Shown: piece by piece, positions 14,351-26,121 of the stretch
Numbering within the stretch: the stretch's first letter is position 1
How the letters are laid out: each line of letters opens with the position of its first letter
Origin: Camelus ferus
Taxonomy: Eukaryota
Direction of reading: 5' to 3'
Assembly: GCF_009834535.1 (NCBI RefSeq)
Contig: NC_045696.1
Span: 101,992,001 to 102,056,000, forward strand
DNA: 64,000 bases
Program-made: the position numbers and the translations under genes
The notes under the pieces: generated by a model
The model's database searches: none
Told to the model about the DNA's origin: nothing
Seen by the model: the letters and a program-made list of their open reading frames with translations, nothing else

Positions 14351-15249
14351 AATATATGTTGCAAATAATTGATTATGAATGAAGTATCAATGAGAGATAA
14401 TGATTTATATTCTTGATATAGTGAGAATTAATTTCAAGCTACCTGTAAACGCTTACTTGCATACAGATCCAGCTTCTCTTAAACTGGAGAAAAAGAGATC
14501 ACAGTGGCAACTAGTTACCTAGGAATTCCACACACCTCTTGGCATATCTTATCTGTGTACTCAAAGGTGTGTATTCTGCTTATAAACATCATCCATCCTT
14601 GTGTCACATTTGAGGGGAAAAAGTTTTTGATTGTAGCCAGAGCACATGCTCTTATTTACCTAATAGATTGCTGTGTTTTCTTGACCTTTTCCTAGAGTAT
14701 TACTTTTTCAGATCAGTAATGGCCTAACTTGCTGCTATATTTTTATATTTTTGTATGTTTATATGTACTTTTTATTCATTAGTGCACATGGAATTACAAG
14801 TTAGCATGGCTTCCTGGAGATCTGGGGGCCCACAAGGCTATTCTTAGAAAATAGCAAAAGAGAGCATTTGTGGTAGTGTGGAAAAGAAACAGTTCTCATG
14901 TTTTCTAGTGTTTTCTCCCGATTTTGCTTTTGTTTCAGAAGACTACCTTAGGGACTGAAGAATGAAACATTAAATAGACTAGGCTGGTATCAGCAACTGA
15001 ACTCAATACGGGCTTGTTTTCACTAATGTTAACATGAGTAAGGGTTGTATAGATTCTCTGAGGGGAATAAAGAGAAGTTTTGGTTTCTGGGCATAGAAAC
15101 AGCATGATGCAGAGCAGGGCCCAAAGCAAGTTCAGGTTGTAGTAAGAGCTGAAGAAACCACTCCTATATTTTTAAGATTATAAAATATAATTTTATTTTT
15201 GTTTACTTTGACAGCTCCTTGCTTCTTCTTTAATAACCGGCAGTAACAG

Positions 15250-15450
15250 TAGTTACTATCTACTATGTGCCAGTTGCTAAGTATTTTACTTATCTTTTCT
15301 CCTTGAATCTGAATAACTATTATCATGTTGTTTCTTCCCACTCTGTAGATGAGGAAATCTAGGCTTAAAAAAGTTTAATAACTTGGCCAAAGTCACACAG
15401 ACAGTAAATAAAGGAACCTGAGTGAATAGCTGAACTCTTAACCACTAATC
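15250..15450 (-). mobile_element. MIR SINE
   Basis: CTACTATGTGCCAG...GTAGATGAGGAAATCTAGGCTT...AACTTGGCCAAAGTCACACAG. Confidence 0.75.
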
Positions 15451-17664
15451 CATTCTTAACCTTTTATAACAGACTCAAAACCTTATTATTTTTAACTATT
15501 TATATTTCAATATGAAACATTTTCTCAAAGCAAAATATAAACATTTGTACTAAATGTTGCATAAAGATATATAATTTTGTTTTAAATAAAATAGCGTTAG
15601 TACTTTGGAATTAGAAACCTTACCGTGGAATCCCATTTCCCACATTTTACTGAGTGAAGACATATTTATAGACCATTAATTTGCCATGCCATTTATTCAG
15701 CAATTACTTTTAAGGCATCTATTATAAGCAAAGCACTGCATATCTCAGTAGCCTTACTATAAAGAATCTGTGTCTTCTAGTATGCATGAGTAAGAGTTCT
15801 TTTACCTGAAACAGCCCTTTGGTATCTTAAGCCAGCTCCTCCTGTGTTTAGTTAGATGAGATACATTCCATCCAGTTCCAATACCTTGTTAAGTAGTATT
15901 CTATTACTAGAGTTACATGCTCAGAGCAATGTGGTGCATCTGATTCCAAGAGAACAATATTTCATTCTCTTAAAAAAAAATAGAACAACCTTTTTCAAAT
16001 CTGTAACTTGGGGACAAAATAAAAGGCAAGTTTATTGTGAAGATTAAATGAGTTAATATATATGAATTAATATATATGCAGTTCTTAGAATGATGCCAGA
16101 CACATTTTGCCCCCTCCGTCAGTGGTGTTCTGATTGCTTTTTATTACAGCCATTGTTATTACTTATAGGTAGAAATGCTTTGCTGGTTTTTCCTCCTGAC
16201 TGAGAATCATTGAGAGAGAGGAGCCCTTCCGGTGTATAACTTTAGTGTGTAGCAGTTAATTAGTGAACGTTGTATGAAAGCAAGAAGAAGGGGTAATGTG
16301 AAGAATAAGAGGGGAAAGAAAATGGTAAGAAAGGGAAAGGTCCGGCTGGAAGCAGGGAGCACAGTGGTTATGGAGACTATCTCTATAGCTGTCATCTATC
16401 TGCCTTTAATTGCCTTGTACAAACTTTGCTACAAACAGAGCAAAGATGAGATTTTATACCAGCTCTCTTCAAGAGGATATATTTTGATCATTAGAAAATT
16501 CTGAGGGAGTGAGAGGCTAGAAAGATGTAATTACTGTCTGTATAGTTAATTCTAAATCATTAAGGGTCCCCTTTATAATCATTTAGTTATAAGATAGAGA
16601 GGTGTCACAGAAATGCATGAAGTGATGAAGATGATTGGGAAACCAGACCTCTAAATGACCATTTCATTAAGGAAATAGACTGTTATTTTTAAACATTCAG
16701 TGAATTTTTTAAAAAATCATGCTGTAAAGGGTAGAGGAAGATTCATACTTACTGTTGAGAAAATTCTAAACCTTTTCACCTCTATAAAAACAAGGCTGCA
16801 CTAAAAGTCCCTTACTACAAAAGAGTAGAAACAATAGAACACATTTGTTGAGGGTCTACAATCTTTATTCCAGTGGACTTGGATGCTCTAGGTATTTAAG
16901 AGTGAGAGGAGTCCCTGGTCACAGGGAGCTGTCTAGTTGAGGTTAATGAGACTTTTGCCCATTAAACTATCCTTCTTCCACCAAACCACAATAGTCAGTT
17001 AAGGTAGCCCTTGAAGTCAATTTATTTTTTCCACTTTCTTGTGCATGTGTGACTCATACGCACACTATCTTTCTGTTTCAGTAAACAAATCATCTGAAGG
17101 GCAGTACCGTCTCGTGTGTATATGATAGGGAGGGAGTAAATAAAATGGAAAATTGCATGTAGGTGGGGGATCAGCCACATCTTCAAAGGTCTTGTTGCTC
17201 AGTCCTGTCTGAAGATACCCCAGCATGAATAACGTGCTTGAAGTTTGGCCATGTTATCTAGTCAAACACCAGTTCTTTCACTGTTTCCCCTGCAGAGACA
17301 TCTAGAAATTCAATTAAGGGGCACACTTTCTGAATGAGACATATGCTTTAAACACCCTAACCATATTATTAGCATAATTCTCATGAGGTAGTCTTCAGTT
17401 CAGATACACTCAGATCATAGTCGTATTGCTTTTTAATTATATTTTATTTTTTATTCTACTGCTTCTCTCTCTCTCTCTCCTTTTCAACTTTCTTAAATGT
17501 CAGCTTATCTTCAGCATGAAGAACTTTCTCACTTTTGTTCCCTCTAGCTGTCATTTTTCAAAATCCCAAACTACAGTTCTTCATTGCTCTCAGATTACTA
17601 TTTTCCAATAAGAACTTCTTCTCATTAACCCCTAAGCCATCCCCAAACTAGTGAGCATCCTCTC

Positions 17665-18110
17665 TATCAGTTATCTATTGCTTCAGTAATATTGCACAAC
17701 AAACCACCACAAGTCTCAGTGGCTTAAGGTGATAGTAGCTCAGGAATCTGTAGGTCAGCGATTTAGCCTTTGCTCTATTGGCTGGTTCTTCTTGTGTCAA
17801 TTGGTCTCACTCACATATCTGATATTCAGCTAGGGTGACGATAGTGATTGGGCCACTTACCTCTCATCATCTTTTAGCAAGGTTGCTTGGACATGTTTTC
17901 ATGGTGATGGAACCGCTGTGAGAGAGGAGGCAGAATTGTGCAAGTACCTTGTCATGTCTCTGCCTGAGCCAAGTCTGCTAATATCCTGTGGCCAAGCAAG
18001 CCACAGGGTTGAGGCCATAGGCAGAGTTAGAGGGCACTGCAAAGTGGCATGGCAAACAGACGGAAGAGTGATGGAAAGAGTGGGGTCTTTAATGCAATCA
18101 TTCCCACCAA
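17665..18110 (-). mobile_element. MaLR (old MLT1) LTR
   Basis: TATCAGTTATCTATTGCT...ACAACAAACCACCACAAGTCTCAGTGGCTTAA...GGCCAAGCAAGCCACA...TTTAATGCAATCA. Confidence 0.7.
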
Positions 18111-19337
18111 AATCTGACAGGAAAGTAATATTGAAATTGGTTGCACAGAGGCCAGGGTGACTATGAAGCACAGACTTACATCAGTGATTTATATTAGCAA
18201 TTGCAGACTTGTATCTTTCATAGACAGCGGTCTTTATACCAACTGACAACTGATGCTTTTTGGTTTTGGAGTAAAAGGCAATTATTATATAAATTTAATG
18301 CTACTTAATTCAATTTAATAAGTATTTATTTACCAAATTGATATGTTAGTCATGAATAAACAGCTAGCGTACTGAGTAGCATAATTCTGATGAGATCCCT
18401 ACTGAACTTCAAATGTCTCCCATCTTTCCAGCAGCATATGTATAATATGACAGACTCATAGGGTCTGAACTCAAGGAGTTAGAAAACAGGGATCCCGCTT
18501 GGTTCAGTGATCTCTCAGGGATCATTGGTGATGGACTCAGGTGCCAGAAACAAAATGCCAGACAGAAGGAAGAGAAGGTGGAAAATTCAGCAAAGGCGTT
18601 TTTAGCCTTTCCAGATCACTGGGGTAGCCACAAGAGATGGTGACAATGCACCCAAATCTTTTCCAGAAGTTACTATGAGGGCAGCAGTTAGCACTGCTTG
18701 TGGAAATGTAACTTGCATGACATGCGGTTTTACTTTTCAAAGGAAAAAAGGATCAGAAGTGGTTTATTTGGAAAATGACATGCTATCATTGAAATTTCTT
18801 CAGTTAGTTGTACGGAAATAATCTGTCTTTATTCTGAGACATAGATGGGAGCCCCAGGATTTATGATGTCTCTTTAATCTACCTGGGAACACTCACATCA
18901 CCTGTTATACACCTTGTCAGCAACTTTCTCCATCAAACTTTTGATGAGAATTAATAACTAGGAGAAAAATGGCCTTTTCTGAGCAATAGTCCCTTTCCCT
19001 TGCCCTGCCCATTCAGACTGGATTTTTTTTTAACATTTTTTATTGATTTATAATCATTTTACAATGTTGTGTCAAATTCCAGTGTTTAGCACAATTTTTC
19101 AGTTATTCATGGACATATACACACTCATTGTCACATTTTTTTCTCTGTGAGTTATCATAACATTTTGTGTATATTTCCCTGTGCTATACAGTGTAGTCTA
19201 TTCTACAATTTTGAAATCCCAGTCTATCCCTTCCCACTCTCCACCCCCCTGGTAACCACAAGTCTGTATTCTCTGTCTGTGAGTCTATTTCTGTCCTTTA
19301 TTTACGCTTTGTTTTTGTTTGTTTTTGTTTTTGTTTT

Positions 19338-22300
19338 TTAGATTCCACATATGAGCGATCTCATATGGTATTTTTCTTTCTCTTTCTGGCTTACTTCACT
19401 TAGAATGACATTCTCCAGGAGCATCCATGTTGCTGCAAATGGCATTATGTTGTCGGTTTTTATGGCTGAGTAGTATTCCATTGTATAAATATACCACTAC
19501 TTCTTTATCCAGTCACCTGTTGATGGACATTTAGGCTGTTTCCATGTTTTGGCTATTGTAAATAGTGCTGCTATGAACATTGGGGTGCAGGTGTCATCCT
19601 GAAGTAGATTTCCTTCTGGATACAAGCGCAGGAGTGGGATTCCTGGGTCATATGGTAAGTCTATTCCTAGTCTTTTGAGGAATCTCCACACTGTTTTCCA
19701 TAGTGGCTGCACCAAACTGCATTCCCACCAGCAGTGTAGGAGGGTTCCCCTTTCTCCACAGCCTCTCCAGCATTTGTCATTTGTGGATTTTTGAATGACG
19801 GCCATTCTGACTGGTGTGAGGTGATACCTCATTGTAGTTTTGATTTGCATTTCTCTGATAATTAGTGATATTGAGCATTTTTTTTTCATGTCCTTTTTGA
19901 TCATTTGTATGTCTTCCTTGGAGAATTGCTTGTTTAGGTCTTCTGCCCATTTTTGGATTGGGTTGTTGATTTTTTTCTTATTGAGTCGTATGAGCTGCTT
20001 ATATATTCTGGAGATCAAGCCTTTGTCGGTTTCACTTGCAAAAATTTTCTCCCATTCCGTAGGTTTTCTTCTTGTTTTACTTCTGGTTTCCTTTGCTGTG
20101 CAGAAGCTTGTAAGTTTCATTAGGTCCCCTTTGTTTATTCTTGCTTTTATTTCTTCTAGGAGAAAATTTTTTAAATGTATGTCAGATAATGTTTTGCCTA
20201 TGTTTTCCTCTAGGAGGTTTATTGTATCTTGTCTTATGTTTAAGTCTTTAATCCATTTTGAGTTGATTTTTGTATATGGTGTAAGGGAGTGTTCTAGCTT
20301 CATTGTTTTACGTGCTGCTGTCCAGTTTTCCCAACACCATTTGCTGAAGAGACTGTCTTTATTCCATTGTATATTCTTGCCTCCTTTGTCGAAGATGAGT
20401 TGACCAAAAGTTTGTGGGTTCATTTCTGGGCTCTCTATTCTGTTCCATTGGTCTATATGTCTGTTTTGGTACCAATACCATGCTGTCTTGATGACTGTAG
20501 CTCTATAGTATTGTCTGAAGTCTGGGAGAGTTATTCCTCCAGCCTCTTTCTTTCTCTTCAGTAATGCTTTGGCAATTCTAGGTCTTTGATGGTTCCATAT
20601 GAATTTTATTATGATTTGTTCTAGTTCTGTGAAATATGTCCTGGGTAATTGGATAGGGATTGCATTAAATCTGTAGATTGCCTTGGGCAGTGTGACCATT
20701 TTGACAATATTGATTCTTCCAATCCAAGAGCATGGAATATCTTTCCATTTTTTAAAGTCTTCTTTAATTTCCTTCATCAATGGTTTATAGTTTTCTGTGT
20801 ATAATTTTTTCACCTCCTTGGTTAGATTTATTCCCAGATATTTTATTACTTTGGGTGCTATTTTAAAGGGGATTGTTTCTTTACTTTCTTCTTCTGTTGA
20901 TTTATCGTTAGTGTAAAGAAATGCAACTGATTTTTGAACGTTAATTTTGTAACCTGCTACCTTGCTGAATTCTTCAATCAGCTCTAGTAGCTTTTGTGTG
21001 GACCTTTTAGGGTTTTCTATATATAGTAACATGTCATCAGCATGTAATGACACTTTTACCTCTTCTTTTCCAATTTGGATCCCTTTTATTTCTTTCTCTT
21101 GCCTGACTGCTGTGGCTAGGACTTCCAGGACTATGTTGAATAGGAGTGGTGATAGTGGGCATCCTTGTCTTGTCCCAGATTTTAGTGGGAAGCTTTTGAG
21201 TTTTTCACCGTTGAGTACTATGCTGGCTGTAGGTTTGTCATATATAGCTTTTATTATGTTGAGATATGTTCCCTCTATACCCACTTTGGCGAGAGTTTTT
21301 ATCATAAATGGGTGTTGAATTTTATCAAATGCTTTTTCTGCATCGATTGAGATGATCATGTGGTTTTTGTCCTTTCTCTTGTTGATGTGATGTATTACAT
21401 TGATTGATTTGCGTATGTTGAACCAGCCTTGTGTCCCTGGGATGAACCCCACTTGGTCATGATGTATAATCTTTTTTATGTGTTGTTGGATTCTATTTGC
21501 TAAAATTTTGGTGAGGATTTTGGCGTCTATGTTCATCAGTGATATTGGCCTGTAATTCTCTTTTTTTGTAGTGTCTTTGCCTGGTTTTGGTATCAGGGTG
21601 ATGGTGGCTTCATAGAATGAGTTTGGGAGTATTCCCTCCTTTTCAATCGTCTGGAAGAGTTTGAGAAGGACTGGTATGAGTTCTTCTTTGTATGTTTGGT
21701 AGAATTCCCCGGTGAAGCCGTCCGTTCCTGGACTTTTATTTGTAGGGAGGTTTTTAATTGCTATTTCTATTTCCTTTCTAGTGATCGGATTGTTCAAGTG
21801 TTCAGATTCTTCTTGATTCAGTTTTGGTGGACAGTATGTTTCCAGAAACTTGTCCATCTCCTCTAGGTTATCCAGTTTGGTTCCATATAGTTTTTCATAA
21901 TATTCTCATATGATATTCTGTATTTCTATTTTGTTTGTTGTAATTTCTCCATTTTCCTTTCTTATTTTGCTAATTTGTGCTCTCTCTTTTTTCTTCTTTG
22001 TGAGTTTGGCCAGAGGTTTGTCGATTTTATTTACTTTTTCAAAAAAACCAGCTTTTGGTTTGGTTGATTTTTTCTATGGTCTTGTTAATCTCTATTGTAT
22101 TTAATTCCTCTCTGATCTTTATTATTTCCTTCCTTCTGCTGCTTTTTGGGGCTTTTTGTTCTTCTTTTTCTAATTCATTCAGGTGGTGGGTTAAATTGTT
22201 TATTTGAGATTGTTCTTCTTTTTTGAGGAAGGCCTGTATCGCTATAAACTTCCCTCTTAGCACTGCCTTTGCTGTGTCCCATAGGTTTTGAGTGGTTGTG

Positions 22301-23139
22301 CTTTCATTATCATTTGTCTCAAGGTATTTTTTAATTTCAGCTTTAATTTCCTCATTGATCCATTGTTTTTTCAATAACATATTGTTTAATCTCCATGCTT
22401 TCCTTTTTCCTCCTTTGTTTCTCTGTTGTTGATTCCCAGTTTCATGGCATTGTGGTCAGTAAAGATGCTTGAGATAATTTCTATCTTCTTAAAATTGTTG
22501 AGGTTTCTTTTGTGCCCAAGTACATGATCGATCCTGGAAAATGTTCCATGTGCACTTGAAAAGAATGTATATCCTATTTTTGGGGGGTGTAATGCTCTGA
22601 AAATATCCACCAAGTCTAGTTTTTCTATTGTAGTATTTAATTTCTCTGTTGCCTTGTTTATTTTCTGTCTGGAAGATCTGTCTAGTGATGTTAAATTCAG
22701 TGTTAAAATCTCCAACTATGATTGTATTCCCATCAATATCCCCCTTTACCTCTGTTAGTAATTCTTGTATGTACTTAGGTGCTCCTATATTGGGTGCATA
22801 TATATTAACGAGTGTAATATCCTCATCTTGTATCACTCCTTTAATCATTATAAAATGTCCTTCTTTATCTTTCTTTATGGCCTTTGTTTTAAAGTCTATT
22901 TTGTCTGAAATCAGTACTGCAACACCTGCTTTTTTGGCTTTTCCATTTGCATGGAATATCCTTTTCCATCCTTTCACTCTCAATCTATATGTGTCCTTCT
23001 CCCTAAAGTGGGTCTCTTGTATGCAGCATATTGAAGGTTCTTGCTTTATTATCCAGTCTGCCACTCTGTGTCTTTTGACTGGAGCATTTAGTCCATTAAC
23101 ATTTACAGTAATTAATGATAGATGTGTGTTTATTGCCAT
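19338..23139 (-). pseudogene. L1 ORF2p (APE endonuclease, reverse transcriptase, CCHC), disrupted
   Basis: EN motifs NVNGLN, CCIQETH, NIYAPN, GDFN, SRIDH, FTDHN; RT motifs [41 protein letters not shown]...HCWWEC. Frameshifts near 22695, 22405 and 22040; stops at 21906-21908 (TGA) and 19497-19499 (TAG); natural end ...SLICGI* at 19338. Confidence 0.97.
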
Positions 23140-23357
23140 TTTGAACTTATCTTTGCAGTTGAATTGGTATATCCTCTTTGTTCCTTTCTTCTTCCTTTTG
23201 TGGTTTGGTAATTTTCCTTTGTATTATCATGGATTTTATTTAATTTTTGTGACTCCTTTGTAAATTTTTGGCTTGTGGTTACCCTTTTATGTAAATCTAT
23301 CAACCCATTACTATAACTGTTTTTATTAAACTGATAGTAATATGATCTCAAACCCAT
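23130..23357 (-). CDS. Hypothetical 75-aa ORF in the L1 inter-ORF spacer, overlapping the ORF2 start
   Basis: ATG in strong Kozak context (AggATGG), open for 75 codons, stop inside ATGGCAATAA; same-frame homologue in the second L1. No evidence of translation. Confidence 0.3.
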   Translation of the reverse strand: MGLRSYYYQFNKNSYSNGLIDLHKRVTTSQKFTKESQKLNKIHDNTKENYQTTKGRRKEQRGYTNSTAKISSKWQ

Positions 23358-23543
23358 CCTACTGTTAAAAATTTTTTAAAAAGAAAGAAAAAAATATTCT
23401 ATATTTCCCTGCCTCCCTCTCCCACTCTCAGTGATTTGTATGTCTTCTTTTATAATTTCATGTTTACTTTATTTGTAATTCATGAGTTATCACCTTTCCA
23501 GTTGTGTGTTTCTCATTTCTGTAGCATCCTGCTGCTTTTCTAT

Positions 23544-24446
23544 TTAGAATAGCCCTTTCAATATTTCTTTTAGCATGGGTTTAGTGTTGCTAAACTCCTG
23601 CAGCTTTTTTTTGTCTGTGAAACTCTTTATTTCTCCTTCTATCCTCAAGGATAGCCTTGCTGGATAAAGGATCCTAGGCTACATCTTTTTTTCATTCAGG
23701 GCTTTGAATATATCTTGCCACTCCCTTCTGGCCTGTAGTGTTTGTGTAGAGAAATCAGCTGAGAGCCTTATGGGGGTTCCCTTGTAACTTACTCTTTGCT
23801 TTTCTCTTGCTGCCTTTAGAATCATTTCTTTATCCTTGACTCTGGCCATCTTGATTATGATATGTCTTGGTGTGGGTCTATTTGGGTTCTTCCTGTTTGG
23901 GACCCTCTGAGCTTCCTGTACTTGGATATCTGATTCCTTCTTTAAGTTTGGGAAGTTTTCAGTCATGATTTCTTCAAAAACCTTTTCAATCCCCTTTGAT
24001 CTTTCTTCTCCTTCTGGGACCCCTATTATGCGAAGATTGGGACGCTTTATATTATCCCATAGGTCCCTTGTGCTATTTTCATTATTTTTTATTTGCTTCT
24101 CTTGTAGTTCTTCTGAATGGGTGCTTTCTATTGCCCTGTCTTCTAGATCACTAATTCGTTGCTCTGCATTATCTAGTCGGCTTTGCACAGCTATTAGATC
24201 ATTCCTCATCTCTGTCAATGAGTTTACCCATTCTACTTGGCTCTTCTTTATAGCTTCAATTTCATTTTTGACATATTTTATATCTCTAAACACTATCTCT
24301 TTTAATTCCTTGAGCAATTCGATCACTCCTTTTTTGAAATCTTAATCTAGTAGGCTATTGATGTCTATTTCGTTGATCTTTCTTTCAGGGGATTTCTCTT
24401 GTTCTTTTAATTGGGAAAGGTTTTTCTGCTTCTTCATCTTGCTCAT
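23544..24446 (-). pseudogene. L1 ORF1p (300 aa; coiled coil, RRM, CTD) with two in-frame nonsense codons
   Basis: MSKMKKQKN...DLWDNIKRPNLRIIGVPEGEE...PRHIIIKM...ARREW...LKGLF*. Frame is intact over 903 nt, with TAA at 24342-24344 and TAG at 23679-23681 (likely CAA/CAG to stop). Confidence 0.95.
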
Positions 24447-26121
24447 ACCTCTTTGGCACTGTGGTTTATGGAGTATCAGTTGTTTATTTTGGTCCTTAAG
24501 GATTTTATCTATCTAATGCCTATTTAGGAATAGAACTTAGGAAAAAAAGAAAAAAAAAATAAGAGAGAGAGAGAAAGAATTTTAAAAGAAGGGAGAAAGA
24601 GGGTTTGAAAACAGTGTATAATGAATAATAGAAGAGTGAGTTGAAGTAGAGTATTAATCGGGTTGAGACGTCCTTTTAAAACCTTTACAAAAAAAGGGGG
24701 GGGGAGATGAATAGATGTATTTGAAACCTGTGTCTAATCAATAGCAGGACATCAAAACCCAAGAGAAATAGAAATGAATTAAGAAGTAAAAAGAGAATAA
24801 TAGAAAATAGAACAGGTAAAAACAGATTAAAAAAAAAAAGGGGGGGGGGTGGTTTGTCTGTGTTCTCCTGGAGTCTGTGTGCTTTTACTGTGAAGTCTTT
24901 CTGTCTTCGTCCTGTTTTGGAAGCTCAGCTTGCTATTTTCAGAGGCCCTCCGTTGGCGCCCTCTTCTGTGCTGCTCCCAGCACCTGTCGGCAAGCAGATC
25001 GTGCCTCCTCCTAACACTGGGTCAGGTGCAGCTCTCTGCTGTGGGCGGGCGGGTCGCTGCCCCTCCGGATGCCGCAGTCAGATGTTGCAGACTGGCCGGG
25101 TAGGAGGGCGGGTCGTGCCCCCTCCCAGCACCTCGGTCAGGCGCTGTGTTCCTGCCCGAAAGGCGGGGGGGGCCGCTCTCCCTCTACCTGCGCCGCCGGT
25201 AGCTCCGCTCTCTGTACGGCTGCGCGCTCCGCCCTGGTCTGCGCTCCGCAGGTGGGCTCGGGGAAGACCGAGGGACAGCCTTGTCCCTGCTCCCAGCCAG
25301 AACCCAGTTCCTTGTTTGTCTTTGTGGAGCAAGTTCTCTGAGGGACCAGGATGGAAGGATCCTATCTGCCCCTGGCTGCAGGCCAGTCTCAGTCTGGCCT
25401 TTGAGGCTGCTAAGCCCTTCGGTGCGGATGCAGGTTTCGCCCCCGCCCCCGCCTGAGTGCTAAGCGCGGAGGATATGGCGGCTGTGCCTGAGCCCCGCCT
25501 CTCTTCCCCCGAAAACTTTCCGCGGGTTTTCAGAGATGAGGGTGTGCACCCTTCCCCTGAGAGCACATCAACCTTGCTGTTTTATGGAGGGCCCAGGTTG
25601 TTCTGCCCTGTGCACCCACAGCCACGGCGCGCAGCCCCTTGCGTTCCCCCGGGGCTGCCTCCGTGCAGCCACTTCCGTCCTCCTCCCGGCTTGTGCAGCC
25701 TGGCCCTGCCCGCGGCTGCCGGCCCGCGTCTCAGGCTGGGTGTCGGGGGGAAGCTCTGTGCCCGTTTAACTTAGTTCTGTTAGTCAAGGGCTGCTCTGTA
25801 CAGATCCGAGCCTCGGAGGCTCCCCCTCCGTCCCGCTGGCCTCAGTTGGAGAGGGGAGACCCAGCGAGCGAGCGCCAGTCCTCCTTTGCCGCTCCCTCCC
25901 CGCGGGACTCGTCCCGCGCTGCTTTGCCTTTTGTTCTTTCTTTTTTCCTTTTCTCCTACCAGATTTTTGGCGTCTTTATCTTTTGAAGAGGGCGATGTTC
26001 TGTCGGAGTTCCACAGGTGCTCTGGTTGGCTGAGTGGGTCTGTAGATGTGGGTCTTGGTGTATTTGTGGGAGAGGGTGACCTGCGAGCGTCCTTCTACTC
26101 CGCCATCTTCTCCGTCTATCC
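24447..26121 (-). promoter_or_regulatory. L1 5'UTR internal promoter (~1.67 kb) with a CpG-rich part ~24930-26110 and a YY1 motif
   Basis: High GC and many CpGs against an AT-rich background; AAGATGGCG (plus strand CGCCATCTT, 26101-26109) lies just inside the 5' end, as in other mammalian L1 promoters. Confidence 0.9.

Larger units (their letters stand above)
19029..26121 (-). mobile_element. Full-length young LINE-1 (5'UTR-ORF1-spacer-ORF2-3'UTR-short polyA), retrotransposition-defective; probably a camelid L1 family
   Basis: L1 ORF1 and ORF2 translations; perfect TSD CAGACTGGATTTTTT at 19014-19028 and 26122-26136 with a canonical TTTT/AA endonuclease site; AATAAA just before the tail; GC-rich 5'UTR starting GGATAGACGGAGAAGATGGCGG. 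The species/family assignment is from memory only. Confidence 0.98.

Noticed and set aside
19228..19249. G-rich tract in the L1 3'UTR
   Set aside because: A well-known general feature of mammalian L1 3'UTRs, not novel.
19497..21857. 786-aa ORF as a functional or domesticated reverse transcriptase
   Set aside because: It is just the longest undisrupted part of ORF2, bounded by premature stops, lacking EN and carrying HADD.
19840..24345. Plus-strand ORFs of 60-204 aa (e.g. 19840-20403, 22649-23263, 23965-24345)
   Set aside because: Antisense shadows of L1 ORF1/ORF2 with Ser/Phe/Leu-rich composition, not independent genes.
24854..25986. Overlapping 60-200 aa ORFs in the L1 5'UTR as ORF0 analogues
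   Set aside because: Stop-poor GC-rich DNA opens ORFs in many frames; several use non-ATG starts and none has a recognisable domain.
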